Below are positions 20,037-30,183 of a DNA stretch of 64,000 nt, in pieces (the first letter of the stretch is position 1; each line of letters opens with the position of its first letter). Made by a program: the position numbers and the translations under genes. This stretch comes from Clostridia bacterium (GTDB lineage: Bacteria; Bacillota; Clostridia; Christensenellales; QALW01): the NCBI GenBank assembly GCA_017516345.1, contig JAFXDC010000056.1, positions 13,813 to 77,812 of the forward strand. The letters run 5' to 3'. The notes under the pieces were generated by a model. That model ran no database searches, was not told the origin of the DNA, and saw nothing but the letters and a program-made list of their open reading frames with translations.

Positions 20037-20360
20037 TTATTTGTCAAGACCGGCGCCGCACTTTTTGCAGATACGGGTCTTAACGGTATTGCCGTCAACA
20101 GCCTCAACCTTGTAAGCAACTCTTACAGCCTTGCCGCACTTGGGGCAAACTACCATAGCGTTGGAAGCGTTGAAAGCTGCCTCCTGCTGGATGCGACCGC
20201 CGGGCTGACCAGCCTTGCGGGGCTTAACGTGCTTTGTTACCATGTTGATGCCTTTAACAACAACTTTGTTCTCTTTGGGAAGTACAGAGAGTACCTCGCC
20301 GGTTTTTCCATTGTCCTTTCCGGTAATAACCAGAACGGTGTCGCCCTTTTTAATTTTCAT
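20037..20360 (-). CDS. rplX: 50S ribosomal protein L24 (with a four-Cys C-terminal hairpin)
   Basis: MKIKKGDTVLVITGKDNGKTGEVL (KOW domain). The C-terminal part carries CPKCG...CKKCG. Confidence 0.93.
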   Translation of the reverse strand: MKIKKGDTVLVITGKDNGKTGEVLSVLPKENKVVVKGINMVTKHVKPRKAGQPGGRIQQEAAFNASNAMVVCPKCGKAVRVAYKVEAVDGNTVKTRICKKCGAGLDK

Positions 20361-20375
20361 AATATAGGCACCTCC

Positions 20376-20744
20376 TTACAGTACTTCGGGAGCAAGGGAT
20401 ATGATTTTCATGAAATCCTTATCACGAAGCTCACGAGCAATAGGCCCAAAAATACGAGTGCCTCTGGGCATTTTCTGATCGTTGATAATAACTGCGGCGT
20501 TGTCGTCGAATCTGATATAAGTTCCGTCGGGTCTGCGCTTCTGCTTAACGGTACGGACTATAACAGCCTTAACAACGTCACCCTTCTTTACAACACCGCC
20601 GGGTGCTGCGGTCTTAACAGATGCTACAATAACGTCACCAATGCTTCCGCAATGACGGAAAGAACCGCCGAGCACACGAATGCACATGATCTCTTTGGCG
20701 CCGGTATTGTCAGCAACCTTCAAACGAGTTTGTGGTTGTATCAT
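20376..20744 (-). CDS. rplN: 50S ribosomal protein L14
   Basis: [27 protein letters not shown]... Confidence 0.96.
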   Translation of the reverse strand: MIQPQTRLKVADNTGAKEIMCIRVLGGSFRHCGSIGDVIVASVKTAAPGGVVKKGDVVKAVIVRTVKQKRRPDGTYIRFDDNAAVIINDQKMPRGTRIFGPIARELRDKDFMKIISLAPEVL

Positions 20745-20773
20745 ATAATGTGCCTCCTTTCAGCATCAGTGGA

Positions 20774-21028
20774 TTATTTAGCTTTCTCCACTATTTCGAC
20801 CAATCTCCATCTTTTACCCTTACTTAAGGGACGGGTTTCCATAATACGTACGCGATCGCCTACGCCGCACTCATTGTTCTCGTCATGAGCCTTGAACTTA
20901 GTGGTACGGTTAACGGTCTTTCCGTACAGCGGGTGGAGTACCTTATCCTTTACAGCTACAACGATGGTCTTGTCCATCTTGTCGCTTATAACTACTCCGA
21001 CTCTGGATTTACGGTAATTTCTTTCCAT
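20774..21028 (-). CDS. rpsQ: 30S ribosomal protein S17
   Basis: 84 aa, ...[18 protein letters not shown]... Confidence 0.95.
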   Translation of the reverse strand: MERNYRKSRVGVVISDKMDKTIVVAVKDKVLHPLYGKTVNRTTKFKAHDENNECGVGDRVRIMETRPLSKGKRWRLVEIVEKAK

Positions 21029-21043
21029 TATCTGTTTCCTCCC

Positions 21044-21244
21044 TTAGCCCTTGAGTTCCTGCTCGCGAATGATGGTCTTGATGCGAGCGATTTCTTTTTT
21101 GCAAGCCGCGATCTGCTTGGGGTTAGCAAGCTGGCCGGTTGCATTCTGGAATCTCAGGTTGAACAGCTCGCTCTTAAGCTCCTTGAGCTGAGCATTGAGT
21201 TCCTGTGTTGATTTATCTACGAGCTTTTTAGTGGTGTTTTTCAT
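21044..21244 (-). CDS. rpmC: 50S ribosomal protein L29
   Basis: 66 aa, ...[25 protein letters not shown]... Confidence 0.93.
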   Translation of the reverse strand: MKNTTKKLVDKSTQELNAQLKELKSELFNLRFQNATGQLANPKQIAACKKEIARIKTIIREQELKG

Positions 21245-21678
21245 TCTGCATCACCCTCCTGTGCGTCAAAGTCGCTTTTCTTTACGAACTTGCACTTAAG
21301 CGGGAGCTTGTGCATAGCAAGACGAAGCGCCTCACGAGCAGCCTCCTCGGGAACGCCGCCCATCTCGAAGAGTACTCTGCCGGGCTTAACAACGGCTACC
21401 CAGTACTCAGGTGAACCTTTACCGCTACCCATACGGGTCTCAGCAGGCTTTGCAGTTACGGGCTTGTCGGGGAAGATCTTTGTCCAAACCTGACCCTGAC
21501 GCTTTACGTATCTTGTCATAGCGATACGAGCTGCCTCGATCTGTTCGCTGGTGATCCATGCAGGCTCGGTAGCCATAAGACCGAAATCACCGTATGCTAC
21601 GAAGTTACCGCGCTGTGCCTTACCCTTCATGCGGCCACGGAACACGCGTCTTCTTTTTACTCTTTTAGGCATTAACAT
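21241..21678 (-). CDS. rplP: 50S ribosomal protein L16
   Basis: [19 protein letters not shown]... Confidence 0.95.
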   Translation of the reverse strand: MLMPKRVKRRRVFRGRMKGKAQRGNFVAYGDFGLMATEPAWITSEQIEAARIAMTRYVKRQGQVWTKIFPDKPVTAKPAETRMGSGKGSPEYWVAVVKPGRVLFEMGGVPEEAAREALRLAMHKLPLKCKFVKKSDFDAQEGDAE

Positions 21679-21679
21679 A

Positions 21680-22339
21680 TTATTGCTTGCCTCCTTCTGT
21701 CTTCTTCACCTGAGGAAGAACCTCACCCTTGTATACCCATACCTTTACACCGATACGACCATAGGTGGTGGCTGCCTCAGCAAAACCGTAATCAATATCC
21801 GCACGGAGAGTCTGAAGCGGAATGCTACCCTCATGGTAACCCTCGCTGCGGGCGATCTCTGCGCCGCCAAGACGTCCGGAAACCATAACCTTGATTCCCT
21901 TAGCACCGCTCTTAAGAGCACGCTGAATGGACTGCTTCATTGCACGGCGGAAGGAGATTCTCTTCTCGAGCTGAGCCGCAATGTTCTCTGCGATGAGCTG
22001 AGAATCGGCATCAGGTCTCTTGACCTCCATGATGTTTACGTTTACAGGCTTGCCAAGGAACTTGGCGATGTCCTTCTTGAGGACCTCGATGCCTGCGCCG
22101 CCCTTACCGATGAGAGCACCGGGCTTAGCGGTATAGATGAATACGGTAACGGAATCGGCCTTACGCTCGATCTCAAGCTTGGAGATCTGGTAGGAGTAAA
22201 GCTTCTTCTTTAAATATTTGCGGAGCTTATCGTCCTCCGCGATATAAGCTGCGAATTCTTTCTTGTCAGCAAACCAGCGGGAATCCCATCCCTTGATTAC
22301 GCCAACTCTCGCGCCGTGGGGATTAACCTTCTGACCCAT
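21680..22339 (-). CDS. rpsC: 30S ribosomal protein S3
   Basis: [24 protein letters not shown]... Confidence 0.96.
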   Translation of the reverse strand: MGQKVNPHGARVGVIKGWDSRWFADKKEFAAYIAEDDKLRKYLKKKLYSYQISKLEIERKADSVTVFIYTAKPGALIGKGGAGIEVLKKDIAKFLGKPVNVNIMEVKRPDADSQLIAENIAAQLEKRISFRRAMKQSIQRALKSGAKGIKVMVSGRLGGAEIARSEGYHEGSIPLQTLRADIDYGFAEAATTYGRIGVKVWVYKGEVLPQVKKTEGGKQ

Positions 22340-22342
22340 CTG

Positions 22343-22732
22343 TTATGCCTCCTTCTTCTCGTCAAGAACTATGGTGATGTGGCTGCTTCTCTTAAGGATG
22401 AGAGCTCCACTTCCCTTTGCACGGGGTCTCATACGCTTAAGGGTGGGACCCTGATCAGCGAAAACCTCTGCAACGTAGAGATCGTCCTTATTAAGTCCCT
22501 TGTACTCAGCGTTAGCAATAGCCGACTTAAGGAGCTTCTCTACAACGGGTGCTGCAGACTTGGGGGTAAACTTGAGGATCGCAAGAGCCTCGTTTACCTG
22601 CTTGCCTCTGATAAGGTTGATTACGATTCTAACCTTTCTGGAGGAGATACGGATGTATCTTGCTATAGCACGGGGACGCATATCGCGGTTTTCTGCGCGC
22701 TTAGCTGCTTTTTCTTTCATTCTCTTAGCCAT
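22343..22732 (-). CDS. rplV: 50S ribosomal protein L22
   Basis: 129 aa, ...[20 protein letters not shown]... Confidence 0.93.
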   Translation of the reverse strand: MAKRMKEKAAKRAENRDMRPRAIARYIRISSRKVRIVINLIRGKQVNEALAILKFTPKSAAPVVEKLLKSAIANAEYKGLNKDDLYVAEVFADQGPTLKRMRPRAKGSGALILKRSSHITIVLDEKKEA

Positions 22733-22746
22733 TTGAACGTCCCTCC

Positions 22747-23022
22747 TTATTTACCTGTGGATTTTTCGCCCGCGTGACCTCTGAAGGTACGTGTGGGAGC
22801 GAACTCACCCAGTTTGTGTCCTACCATATCCTCGGTAATGTATACCGGAACATGCTTTCTTCCATCGTGAACTGCGATTGTGTGGCCAACGAAGTCAGGG
22901 AAAATTGTTGAAGATCTGGACCAGGTCTTCAGAACCTTCTTGTCGCCGGTCTCATTCATAGCAACGACTCTTTTGAGCAGCTTTTCGCTGACAAAGGGTC
23001 CTTTTTTAACACTTCTACTCAT
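22747..23022 (-). CDS. rpsS: 30S ribosomal protein S19
   Basis: [19 protein letters not shown]... Confidence 0.96.
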   Translation of the reverse strand: MSRSVKKGPFVSEKLLKRVVAMNETGDKKVLKTWSRSSTIFPDFVGHTIAVHDGRKHVPVYITEDMVGHKLGEFAPTRTFRGHAGEKSTGK

Positions 23023-23057
23023 GCCAGTTACGGCCTCCTTCCATCTGATGAGATCGT

Positions 23058-23888
23058 TTAGCCGTTACGGCGCTTAACGATATATTTATTGGACTTGTTC
23101 TTTGTGGCTCTGGTCTTATAACCGAGAGTGGGCTTACCCCAGGGGGTTACAGGACCGGGACGGCCGATAGGCGACTTACCTTCACCACCACCGTGCGGGT
23201 GATCGCAGGGGTTCATAACTACACCGCGAACGGTGGGTCTGATGCCCATGTGACGCTTTCTTCCTGCTTTACCGATGGAAACGTTTTCGTGATCGATATT
23301 GCCGACCTGACCGATGGTTGCTTTGCACTCAAGACGAACCATGCGAACCTCGCCGCTGGGAAGTCTTACCTGAGCAAAGCCGTTTTCCTTAGCCATAAGC
23401 TGAGCTGCAACGCCTGCGGAGCGAACCATCTGTGCGCCCTTGCCGGGGAACATCTCGATGTTGTGGATAAGTGTACCTACAGGGATCGAGCTGATGGGAA
23501 GCGCGTTACCGGTCTTGATATCGGCATCAGCGCCGCTCATAACAGTGTCGCCAACATTCAGTCCAAGAGGAGCAAGAATGTATCTCTTCTCGCCGTCTGC
23601 ATAGTTCAGCAGAGCGATGTTAGCGCTACGGTTAGGATCGTACTCAATGGTGGCTACCTTTGCGGGAATGCCATCCTTGTTACGCTTGAAATCAATAATT
23701 CTGAACTTACGGGTGTTGCCGCCGCCCTGATGACGAACGGTCAATCTTCCTGCGTTGTTTCTTCCGCCGTTCTTGGACACTTTAGCCAGCAGTGAGCGCT
23801 CAGGAGTGGTGCTGGTGATTTCCTCAAATGTGGAAACCGACATAAAGCGTCTGGCAGGAGAAGTCGGTTTGTACTTTTTGATTGCCAT
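23058..23888 (-). CDS. rplB: 50S ribosomal protein L2
   Basis: [18 protein letters not shown]...[16 protein letters not shown]. Confidence 0.97.
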   Translation of the reverse strand: MAIKKYKPTSPARRFMSVSTFEEITSTTPERSLLAKVSKNGGRNNAGRLTVRHQGGGNTRKFRIIDFKRNKDGIPAKVATIEYDPNRSANIALLNYADGEKRYILAPLGLNVGDTVMSGADADIKTGNALPISSIPVGTLIHNIEMFPGKGAQMVRSAGVAAQLMAKENGFAQVRLPSGEVRMVRLECKATIGQVGNIDHENVSIGKAGRKRHMGIRPTVRGVVMNPCDHPHGGGEGKSPIGRPGPVTPWGKPTLGYKTRATKNKSNKYIVKRRNG

Positions 23889-23907
23889 TGTTTATTTCCT
23901 CCTTAAC

Positions 23908-24204
23908 TTACTGGGCCATGCCCTCAAAGAATGCGATGGGCTTGGATTTCTTCTTAAGAATTACATAAGCCTTCTTTACGGTGGAAGTGAGACCCTCACT
24001 TCTTCCCATACGCTTAACCTTACCGATGGTGGTTACGGTATTTACCTTTTCAACCTCTACGTCAAAGAGAGCTTCTACAGCCTGCTTGATCTCGGTCTTG
24101 TTGGCCTTGCGGTCAACCACGAAGCAGTAACGCTTCTCAGAGATGGTCTGATAGGTCTTCTCTGTAAGAACAGGTTTAATGATTACATCTTCAAATGCTT
24201 TCAT
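23908..24204 (-). CDS. rplW: 50S ribosomal protein L23
   Basis: 98 aa, ...DVIIKPVLTEKTYQ... Confidence 0.93.
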   Translation of the reverse strand: MKAFEDVIIKPVLTEKTYQTISEKRYCFVVDRKANKTEIKQAVEALFDVEVEKVNTVTTIGKVKRMGRSEGLTSTVKKAYVILKKKSKPIAFFEGMAQ

Positions 24205-24827
24205 TAATTGTACACCTCCTCTAATCTTTCAACAGCTTCCTTGGTGATAAGGAGCTTGTCAGCCTTAAGGATATCCACTACGTTGATGGTGTTTACCAAT
24301 GCATTTGCAACGTTGGGGATGTTACCGGATGCGCGAGCTACGATCTCATCGGGCTCAGCGGTGATGATAAGGGTCTTACCGTCCATGTTGAGGTTTGCAA
24401 GAACCTTGATCATTTCCTTGGTCTTTGCCGCTTCAAGAGCAAGATCCTCAACTACGATGAAGTTGCCTGCAACCACCTTGTCGGTAAGTACGCCCTCAAG
24501 AGCGAGTCTCTTAACCTTCTTGGGAATGCTGATCCTGAAGCTGCGGGGCTTGGGAGCAAATACAACGCCGCCCTTGATCCACTGGGGAGCTCTTGTGGAG
24601 CCCTGACGTGCACGGCCTGTTCCCTTCTGTCTGTAGGGCTTCTTGCCTCCGCCTCTTACCTCGGTACGGGTAAGGGTGCATTTTGTGCCCTGTCTTTTGT
24701 TAGCAAGCTGTGCGCGTACTACCTGATGAATAACCGCGGTGTTGATGTCTGCGGCAAACAAAGTTTCGCTCAGCTCAATCTCGCCTGTCTGCGAGCCCTG
24801 TAAATTATATACAGCTACCTTAGGCAT
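24204..24827 (-). CDS. rplD: 50S ribosomal protein L4
   Basis: 207 aa, ...RGGGKKPYRQKGTGRARQGSTRAPQW... Confidence 0.95.
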   Translation of the reverse strand: MPKVAVYNLQGSQTGEIELSETLFAADINTAVIHQVVRAQLANKRQGTKCTLTRTEVRGGGKKPYRQKGTGRARQGSTRAPQWIKGGVVFAPKPRSFRISIPKKVKRLALEGVLTDKVVAGNFIVVEDLALEAAKTKEMIKVLANLNMDGKTLIITAEPDEIVARASGNIPNVANALVNTINVVDILKADKLLITKEAVERLEEVYN

Positions 24828-24841
24828 AGCTTGTTACCTCC

Positions 24842-25474
24842 TTACTTGCTTTTTACCGACTGTTTTACGAATACCAGAGCGTTCTTGGGTCCGGGGATTG
24901 CACCCTTTACCAGAAGCACGCCGCGCTCTTTGTCTACGCGAACGATCTCAAGGTTCTGAACAGTGGTCTTTTCGTTACCCCAATGTCCGGGCATGTGCTT
25001 GTTCTTAAATACTCTTGAGGGGGATGAGTTTGCACCCATGGAGCCCACGCCTCTGTGGTATCCGGAACCGTGTGCCATAGGACCGGTATGCTGATTCCAG
25101 CGCTGTATAACGCCGGAGAAGCCGTGGCCCTTGGAGAATGCGGTAGCGTCGATCTTGTCGCCCTCTGCGAAGATGTCGCAGGTGATAACCGAGCCAACCT
25201 CGTAATCGGCGCAGTTGTCAAGCTTGAGCTCCTTCATGTAACGGGCGGGAGCAACGCCTGCCTTCTTGAACTGACCCATGTCGGGCTTGTTTACGAGCTT
25301 CTCGCGGATCTCGTCAAAGGAAACCTTAAGAGCTTCGTAGCCGTCGTTCTCAACGGTCTTCTTCTGGATTACTGTGCAGGGACCTGCCAGAATAACGGTT
25401 ACGGGAATTACCTTGCCGTCCTGGGAGAACACCTGAGTCATACCCAGCTTCTTACCAAGTATTGCTTTTTTCAT
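24842..25474 (-). CDS. rplC: 50S ribosomal protein L3
   Basis: [27 protein letters not shown]... Confidence 0.96.
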   Translation of the reverse strand: MKKAILGKKLGMTQVFSQDGKVIPVTVILAGPCTVIQKKTVENDGYEALKVSFDEIREKLVNKPDMGQFKKAGVAPARYMKELKLDNCADYEVGSVITCDIFAEGDKIDATAFSKGHGFSGVIQRWNQHTGPMAHGSGYHRGVGSMGANSSPSRVFKNKHMPGHWGNEKTTVQNLEIVRVDKERGVLLVKGAIPGPKNALVFVKQSVKSK

Positions 25475-25492
25475 AATTCGGTCACCTCCACC

Positions 25493-25801
25493 TTACAGCT
25501 TAATTTTGATATCCACACCTGCGGGAGGATCCAGCTTTGTTAAAGCTTCCACAGTTTTGTTGCCGGCATTGTAAATGTCGATCAATCTCTTGTGTGTTCT
25601 GAGTTCGAACTGCTCTCTGCTATCCTTATACTTGTGAGGAGAGCGCAGTATGGTGACTATTTCCTTTTCGGTGGGCAGCGGTATTGGACCCGAAACGGTA
25701 GCACCTGTTCTGTTTGCGGTTTCAACGATTTTCTCTGCAGTCTGATCTACAAGATTGTGATCGTAAGACTTCAGATTGATTCTGATTTTCTGACTTGCCA
25801 T
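25493..25801 (-). CDS. rpsJ: 30S ribosomal protein S10
   Basis: [20 protein letters not shown]... It is the first gene of the S10 operon. Confidence 0.96.
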   Translation of the reverse strand: MASQKIRINLKSYDHNLVDQTAEKIVETANRTGATVSGPIPLPTEKEIVTILRSPHKYKDSREQFELRTHKRLIDIYNAGNKTVEALTKLDPPAGVDIKIKL

Positions 25802-25990
25802 AATTTTTGTTTACCTCCTTGTTTAGCTCAAATACACGTTTCCGTGTGTGCCGCTTATACATTTTTATAAGCGGTATTTGGCTTGTCGTCCGATTGTCGG
25901 ACAATTGTCCGCGAAAATTACCCGAGCAAGCTCGGCAACCTCTCGCTTCATACCATTTTGTCGCAAATTACCGCATAATGCGACCTACAT

Positions 25991-26019
25991 ATCATACTAT
26001 ATGCCGTCAAATTTGTAAA
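25991..26019 (-). promoter_or_regulatory. S10 operon promoter
   Basis: Minus strand: TTTACA, 17 nt, TATGAT. An A/T-rich UP-like tract lies upstream. The implied 5' leader is about 180 nt. Confidence 0.55.
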
Positions 26020-26054
26020 GCACTTTTTTAAAAAAATCAAAAATATTTTTATAT

Positions 26055-26090
26055 AGAACAAAACGCCGCTTTGCAGCGGCGTTTTATAAG
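26055..26090. terminator. Terminator after the GH127-like gene (bidirectional shape)
   Basis: AACGCCGC-TTTGCA-GCGGCGTT flanked by an A-run and a T-run. Confidence 0.7.
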
Positions 26091-26201
26091 TATTTTTTAA
26101 CTTTGTTTACCCTCGTATTTTGCCGCACATTCGTCTTGCACGGTCACTCCATCCACTCTCCTGTATAATATGTATCCGCCCGACCGATCGATCGGAGCGA
26201 A

Positions 26202-28028
26202 TCAACCCATCTCATCCAAAACGGGAAGCTCCGTCATTCTGAGCTTGGCACAGGCGTACGGATACAATTCCATCTCCTGCGGCGACGAAAGCGGCACAGT
26301 CGACCGAGGTGTTTTTGCGCATACCGCTTCATATCCGTCCTCAAAGTCCCAATCTATTTTGCAAAGCTTTGCTTTTATTGTCACGGGCGGATTCTTTTCG
26401 GAGAAGGGCGGGTCGGCCACTCCTTTACGCACGACCCCCAATTGATCTTTACAATAAGCATAATTCCACTCGCTTTGAGGCACAAGCTCATAATCACAAT
26501 ACGGAAAGCGTCTTTCCACGCCATTGCGCTCATACTCATGCATAACAGCATTGTATTTGATCGGCACGGAGAACAGTAGCGAGCCGCACCGCACTGCATA
26601 AAGCTCGTTAGGTCTTTTCTCAAAACAGGGCTCAACCTCAAACTGCAAGGTAAAGCACTTATGCTCCCCTCCCTTGATGCACACAACAATCTCCCCGTCC
26701 GCAACCGAGCCAATATTGCATTTTATATTATGGGCAAACGAAGGAATGCGAACCTTGAACGTCATATCCTCTTCCGCTTTTATATCATAATTTACCGAAT
26801 TTTCAAACGGATACTCGGTTTGCGCCGTAATATGCCACTTATCCGCATGTATCTCTGCAGGAAGCATCATCGCGTGCAGCACGGTATTATCCTTATGCAA
26901 GAATGCAGACAGCGCAAGCTTAGGCCATCCTTGATTAAAATTAGCGGTACAGCAGCCGCAATTAGGTTCAAGCCCAAATAAATGCGCTTCATGCTCATTG
27001 GTGCGGAATATGGGACGGCCGGGAAATCTTTGACAAGCTATTTGATTACTCATCTGCACGTACTGATGTGTCCACATATCCTGGCTTATCGTTGCGGGCA
27101 ATGCGTTAAATGCAAGTACCTCCAGACGTTCTGCCCATTTTGCATCACCTGTATAGGCATATAGAAGCTCGTAAGAGTACATTTGCTCAACTATTGCGCA
27201 CAGCTCTGTGCCTTGAATGGGGCTTATTCCGGAAAGACATTCATCCCCCGTGAAGCTCTCATATACCGTGCCGTGCTTTTCTGCAAGCACTGCCCAGAGC
27301 ATTTCCGCCTTGTCGGTGTACGGCTCGCCCAAAAGGTCGCACGCTACAGCCTCTTCCTTTAGCATCATGGCTATATTTACAATATGAGTTTCCCAGCTCC
27401 AGCGGTTGATCGGGCGTTCCCAATAAGGTACCAGCTCGGCATAATCGGTTCCCTGCTCTTTAAGTATCCTTACAAGCTCCAACAGCCAATCCTCTTTATA
27501 TATATCGTATATACAATTGATTGCAATACAAGCCTCAAACCAACGGTACTTACTCCAATCATAAAGCATCACCCTCCCGCTTTTAAGAAGGAGGTAATAA
27601 TTCTTCAGAGCCTTGTAGAGAACGGGCGGGATCCTATCATCACCCGAGCATTCATAATACACCGTTAATGATTTTGACAATAGCTGAAGCGCCCACGTAT
27701 CGTAACGCTTTTGTTCTGCTTCAGCACTTGATATGGGGCATATCCATCCGTCTTCCTTTTGAGCATCTATTATGGCATAAACGTACTTTTTAGCGCGGGC
27801 GATCATATCCTCATTCTCCAAAAGATATGCAAGCGGAACGAACCCGTCCAACCAATAAGGTACACGCTCCCATCCGTCACGGTCGCCGCCTATCCACGCG
27901 CTGTCGCGAATATCCGGCCACACCTTATCAAGATTACCGCTAAGCCCGTCAGCCTGGATCTGCATTTGTTTTTTGATCCAACCTAAGGGCTTGAGCTCCT
28001 TTGCGGTATATTTATTCCATTTAGTCAT
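26202..28028 (-). CDS. GH127-family (DUF1680, beta-L-arabinofuranosidase-like) glycoside hydrolase
   Basis: The track start is GTG 28037. ATG 28028 lies 6 nt after GAGGTG. TELCA and, about 85 aa later, CGCCTAN resemble the Glu/Cys3 zinc-site motifs (ExC ... CC) of GH127 as recalled from memory. There is no signal peptide. Confidence 0.55.
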   Translation of the reverse strand: MTKWNKYTAKELKPLGWIKKQMQIQADGLSGNLDKVWPDIRDSAWIGGDRDGWERVPYWLDGFVPLAYLLENEDMIARAKKYVYAIIDAQKEDGWICPISSAEAEQKRYDTWALQLLSKSLTVYYECSGDDRIPPVLYKALKNYYLLLKSGRVMLYDWSKYRWFEACIAINCIYDIYKEDWLLELVRILKEQGTDYAELVPYWERPINRWSWETHIVNIAMMLKEEAVACDLLGEPYTDKAEMLWAVLAEKHGTVYESFTGDECLSGISPIQGTELCAIVEQMYSYELLYAYTGDAKWAERLEVLAFNALPATISQDMWTHQYVQMSNQIACQRFPGRPIFRTNEHEAHLFGLEPNCGCCTANFNQGWPKLALSAFLHKDNTVLHAMMLPAEIHADKWHITAQTEYPFENSVNYDIKAEEDMTFKVRIPSFAHNIKCNIGSVADGEIVVCIKGGEHKCFTLQFEVEPCFEKRPNELYAVRCGSLLFSVPIKYNAVMHEYERNGVERRFPYCDYELVPQSEWNYAYCKDQLGVVRKGVADPPFSEKNPPVTIKAKLCKIDWDFEDGYEAVCAKTPRSTVPLSSPQEMELYPYACAKLRMTELPVLDEMG

Positions 28029-28144
28029 ACAAAACACCTCTTTTTTCAGTATACATTTAATATATCACATAAAAAAGACGCATACAATTGATAATATACC
28101 TTTTTTCATTGACAATATCACACTAAACACGTATACTTTTTACG

Positions 28145-28909
28145 GTGATTATTATGATGGGTATTGATCTTAACAAGGACATTCGGTATTTAACCGCCTC
28201 TTTTCGGTATTTTGCCAAGGGCGAATACCACGTTACACGATATTGTAACGACAACGTGCTTTTGTTGGTATTTGAAGGAGTTTTGCGCTTCAGTCAGGAC
28301 GGGGAACCGTACGAGGTGCGCCAGGGTGAATATTTTATTCAACGGCCTCACTCTTATCAGTCTGCGGAGCTGCCGAGCGATTCTCCCAAGTATTTATACG
28401 TTCATTTTGAGTCAGAGCGCAGTGACAACGGCAGTATCCTTCCGGAGCGCGGCACTTTTGATTACTTACGCCTTAAGGATAAAATGGAGCAAATGAACCG
28501 ACTTGCATACAGCGACGCCCCCTACATTATAAAGGCGGGCAAATTCTACGAAATACTTACTTGCTTGGCTGCGACGGAGCCGCAGGATACCCCCTGCCGC
28601 AGGATCGCAGAATTTATAGAGAAAAACCTTTCTGAAAGCATAAGCCTGGAAATGCTCTGCAAGCACTTTGCCTTCAGTAAAAATTATATTATACAGATGT
28701 TTAAAAAGGAATACGGCCAAACCCCCATTATGTATCTGAACACAGTGCGTTTGCGCAAAGCGGAGCAGTTATTGGTATCCACCTCACATTCCATATTGAA
28801 TATTGCTTTGGAATGCGGATATCCCAATTACTCCCACTTTTACCGTCTGTTCGTGCGGCGCAACAGCCTTTCACCCGAGCAATACCGCAGTCAAATGCGC
28901 ATAAAATAA
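28145..28909 (+). CDS. AraC-family transcriptional regulator
   Basis: 254 aa. An N-terminal cupin-like sensor is followed by a C-terminal double HTH (SLEMLCKHFAFSKNYIIQMFKKEYGQTP...IALECGYPNYSHFYRLF). It is divergent from the GH127-like gene. The exact start is uncertain. Confidence 0.8.
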   Translation: MIIMMGIDLNKDIRYLTASFRYFAKGEYHVTRYCNDNVLLLVFEGVLRFSQDGEPYEVRQGEYFIQRPHSYQSAELPSDSPKYLYVHFESERSDNGSILPERGTFDYLRLKDKMEQMNRLAYSDAPYIIKAGKFYEILTCLAATEPQDTPCRRIAEFIEKNLSESISLEMLCKHFAFSKNYIIQMFKKEYGQTPIMYLNTVRLRKAEQLLVSTSHSILNIALECGYPNYSHFYRLFVRRNSLSPEQYRSQMRIK

Positions 28910-28945
28910 AAAATGCCGCTTCCGCTCCTTCTCATAAGGATGTTT
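28903..28945. repeat. Left copy of an inverted repeat pair (partner 30184..30229)
   Basis: AAAATAAAAAATGCCGC...GCTCCTTCTCATAAGGATGTTT. The reverse complement of the right copy reads AAAATAAAAAATACCGC...GCTCCTTCTCATAAGGAAGTTT. The left copy overlaps the AraC stop codon. Confidence 0.75.
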
Positions 28946-28955
28946 TCGGAACGCG

Positions 28956-29003
28956 GTAGGGGCGAACTGTGTTCGCCCGCGGGAGACCGCAGGTCTCCCC
29001 TAC
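28956..29003. repeat. GC-rich nested palindromic (REP-like) element
   Basis: GTAGGGG[GCGAAC-tgt-GTTCGCC][GGGAGACC-gc-aGGTCTCCC]CTAC. A related GTAGGG/CCCTAC-type unit lies at 30145..30172, and a weaker one near 37470..37492. Confidence 0.6.
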
Positions 29004-29020
29004 GGATACGCATATAAATA

Positions 29021-29053
29021 TCGGCAGAGAACTTGTTTTCTCTGCCGATTTGT
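29021..29053 (+). terminator. Terminator after the AraC-family gene
   Basis: TCGGCAGAGAA-cttgt-TTCTCTGCCGA followed by TTTGTG. Confidence 0.6.
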
Positions 29054-29061
29054 GCTATAAT
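29033..29061 (+). promoter_or_regulatory. Candidate extended -10 promoter for the DUF5694-like gene
   Basis: TTGTTT, 17 nt, TGcTATAAT. The implied 5' UTR is about 245 nt and is filled with palindromic repeat sequence. Confidence 0.35.
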
Positions 29062-29236
29062 GGGGCTAACCCCTCCGAGAGGTAGGTGGCACGCGTAGCG
29101 TGACGGAAGAAGCCTGCGTGACTTTGGGTTCGTACTAACTTCATTGTAACGAGCTCTCCCTCACCCGACTTCGTCGGGAGCTCCCTCCCGGAGGGAGCCT
29201 TTGGATAGTGCAGCCTGAGGGGTATGGGCTTTGCCC
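29062..29236. repeat. GC-rich multi-hairpin repeat-like element
   Basis: Hairpins: GGGGCTAACCCC, CACGC-gta-GCGTG, CCCGAC-ttc-GTCGGG, CTCCCTCC-CGGAGGGAG and GGGC-ttt-GCCC. It gives rise to the spurious ORF 29055..29342. Similar sequences are common in gut Clostridia, as recalled from memory. Confidence 0.5.
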
Positions 29237-29309
29237 GAAGCATTTGTAATACAAATGCGAAACTGGCGATAAACAGAACGATAAATAAAAATTTGACGAG
29301 GTGATATAA

Positions 29310-30017
29310 GTGGCAGAAATTATATTGGTGGGGACATTTCACTATCCAGACAGATTTGATGTTTTTTCACACGATGTTCAAAAGCAAATCGATGAGTTTA
29401 CAAACAGACTTGCCTCGTTTCATCCCAACAAAATTGCAGTAGAATTTCCGCATGAAATGCAAAACGAATTAGATAAATTATATGCAAGAAGCGCCGAGTA
29501 CAGTTTTGAAGAGAATGTAGTATATGGCAATGTTGAAAGATATGGTTTCATTGTTCCATTTAAGTCCGTGAATGAGATTGTCCAAGTCGGATTTAGATTG
29601 GGACAAAAACTGAATCTTGATAAGATATATGGTATAGATGAGGATATTGAGTTGTCAGATGAATTGTTAGACAAGATAACTCCTTATATGGACTTAAATA
29701 GTTTTTTTGAAAAAATGCGAATGATAACAGAACCGGCAAAGGATTTAAGAGGATTATACTCGATACTTAACAGCGATGAGTGCATTGCTGTTGACCATAG
29801 CATGTATCTTGATATAAATAAAATCAATCCGGGAAACTATGAAGGCAGTCAGTTTGTTTTACAATGGTACGAAAGAAACCTGAAGATATTTTCTAATTTG
29901 CAAAATGTTTGCGAAAAAGGAGATAAAGTATTAGTTCTAATAGGGAGTTCACATTTAAAAATATTAAAGGAACTTATTACAGCAAGTAGTGAAATGAACT
30001 TGTGTGAAGGAATTTGA
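29310..30017 (+). CDS. DUF5694-like / TraB-GumN (Tiki-type) superfamily protein
   Basis: GTG start 6 nt after GAGGTG. The N-terminal segment IILVGTFHYPDRFDVFSHDVQKQIDEFTNRLASFHPNKIAVEFP fits the GTxH ... IAVE pattern of this family, from memory. The gene is visibly more AT-rich than its neighbours. Confidence 0.5.
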   Translation: MAEIILVGTFHYPDRFDVFSHDVQKQIDEFTNRLASFHPNKIAVEFPHEMQNELDKLYARSAEYSFEENVVYGNVERYGFIVPFKSVNEIVQVGFRLGQKLNLDKIYGIDEDIELSDELLDKITPYMDLNSFFEKMRMITEPAKDLRGLYSILNSDECIAVDHSMYLDINKINPGNYEGSQFVLQWYERNLKIFSNLQNVCEKGDKVLVLIGSSHLKILKELITASSEMNLCEGI

Positions 30018-30077
30018 AGTTTTCAGACGAAACGATGCTGTATTAGATAAAATCCAATTTACCGAACAGAACAAAAG

Positions 30078-30118
30078 ACCCCCGACAGACCTTTGAAAAT
30101 CTGTCGGGGTTAATCTTT
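30078..30118 (+). terminator. Terminator after the DUF5694-like gene
   Basis: CCCCGACAGA-cctttgaaaa-TCTGTCGGGG followed by TTAATCTTTG. Confidence 0.55.
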
Positions 30119-30183
30119 GTCTTCTGCGTTGCATTTATACCTTTGCGGACAGTCGAGGACGCCTGTCCCTACAAGGAGAAATT

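Noticed and set aside
29055-29342. 95-aa minus-strand ORF (..KAPSGRELPTKSGEGELV..)
   Set aside because: It is read through the GC-rich multi-hairpin repeat element and overlaps the promoter and start of the 29310 gene. Peptides of this type are known artefacts of such repeats.
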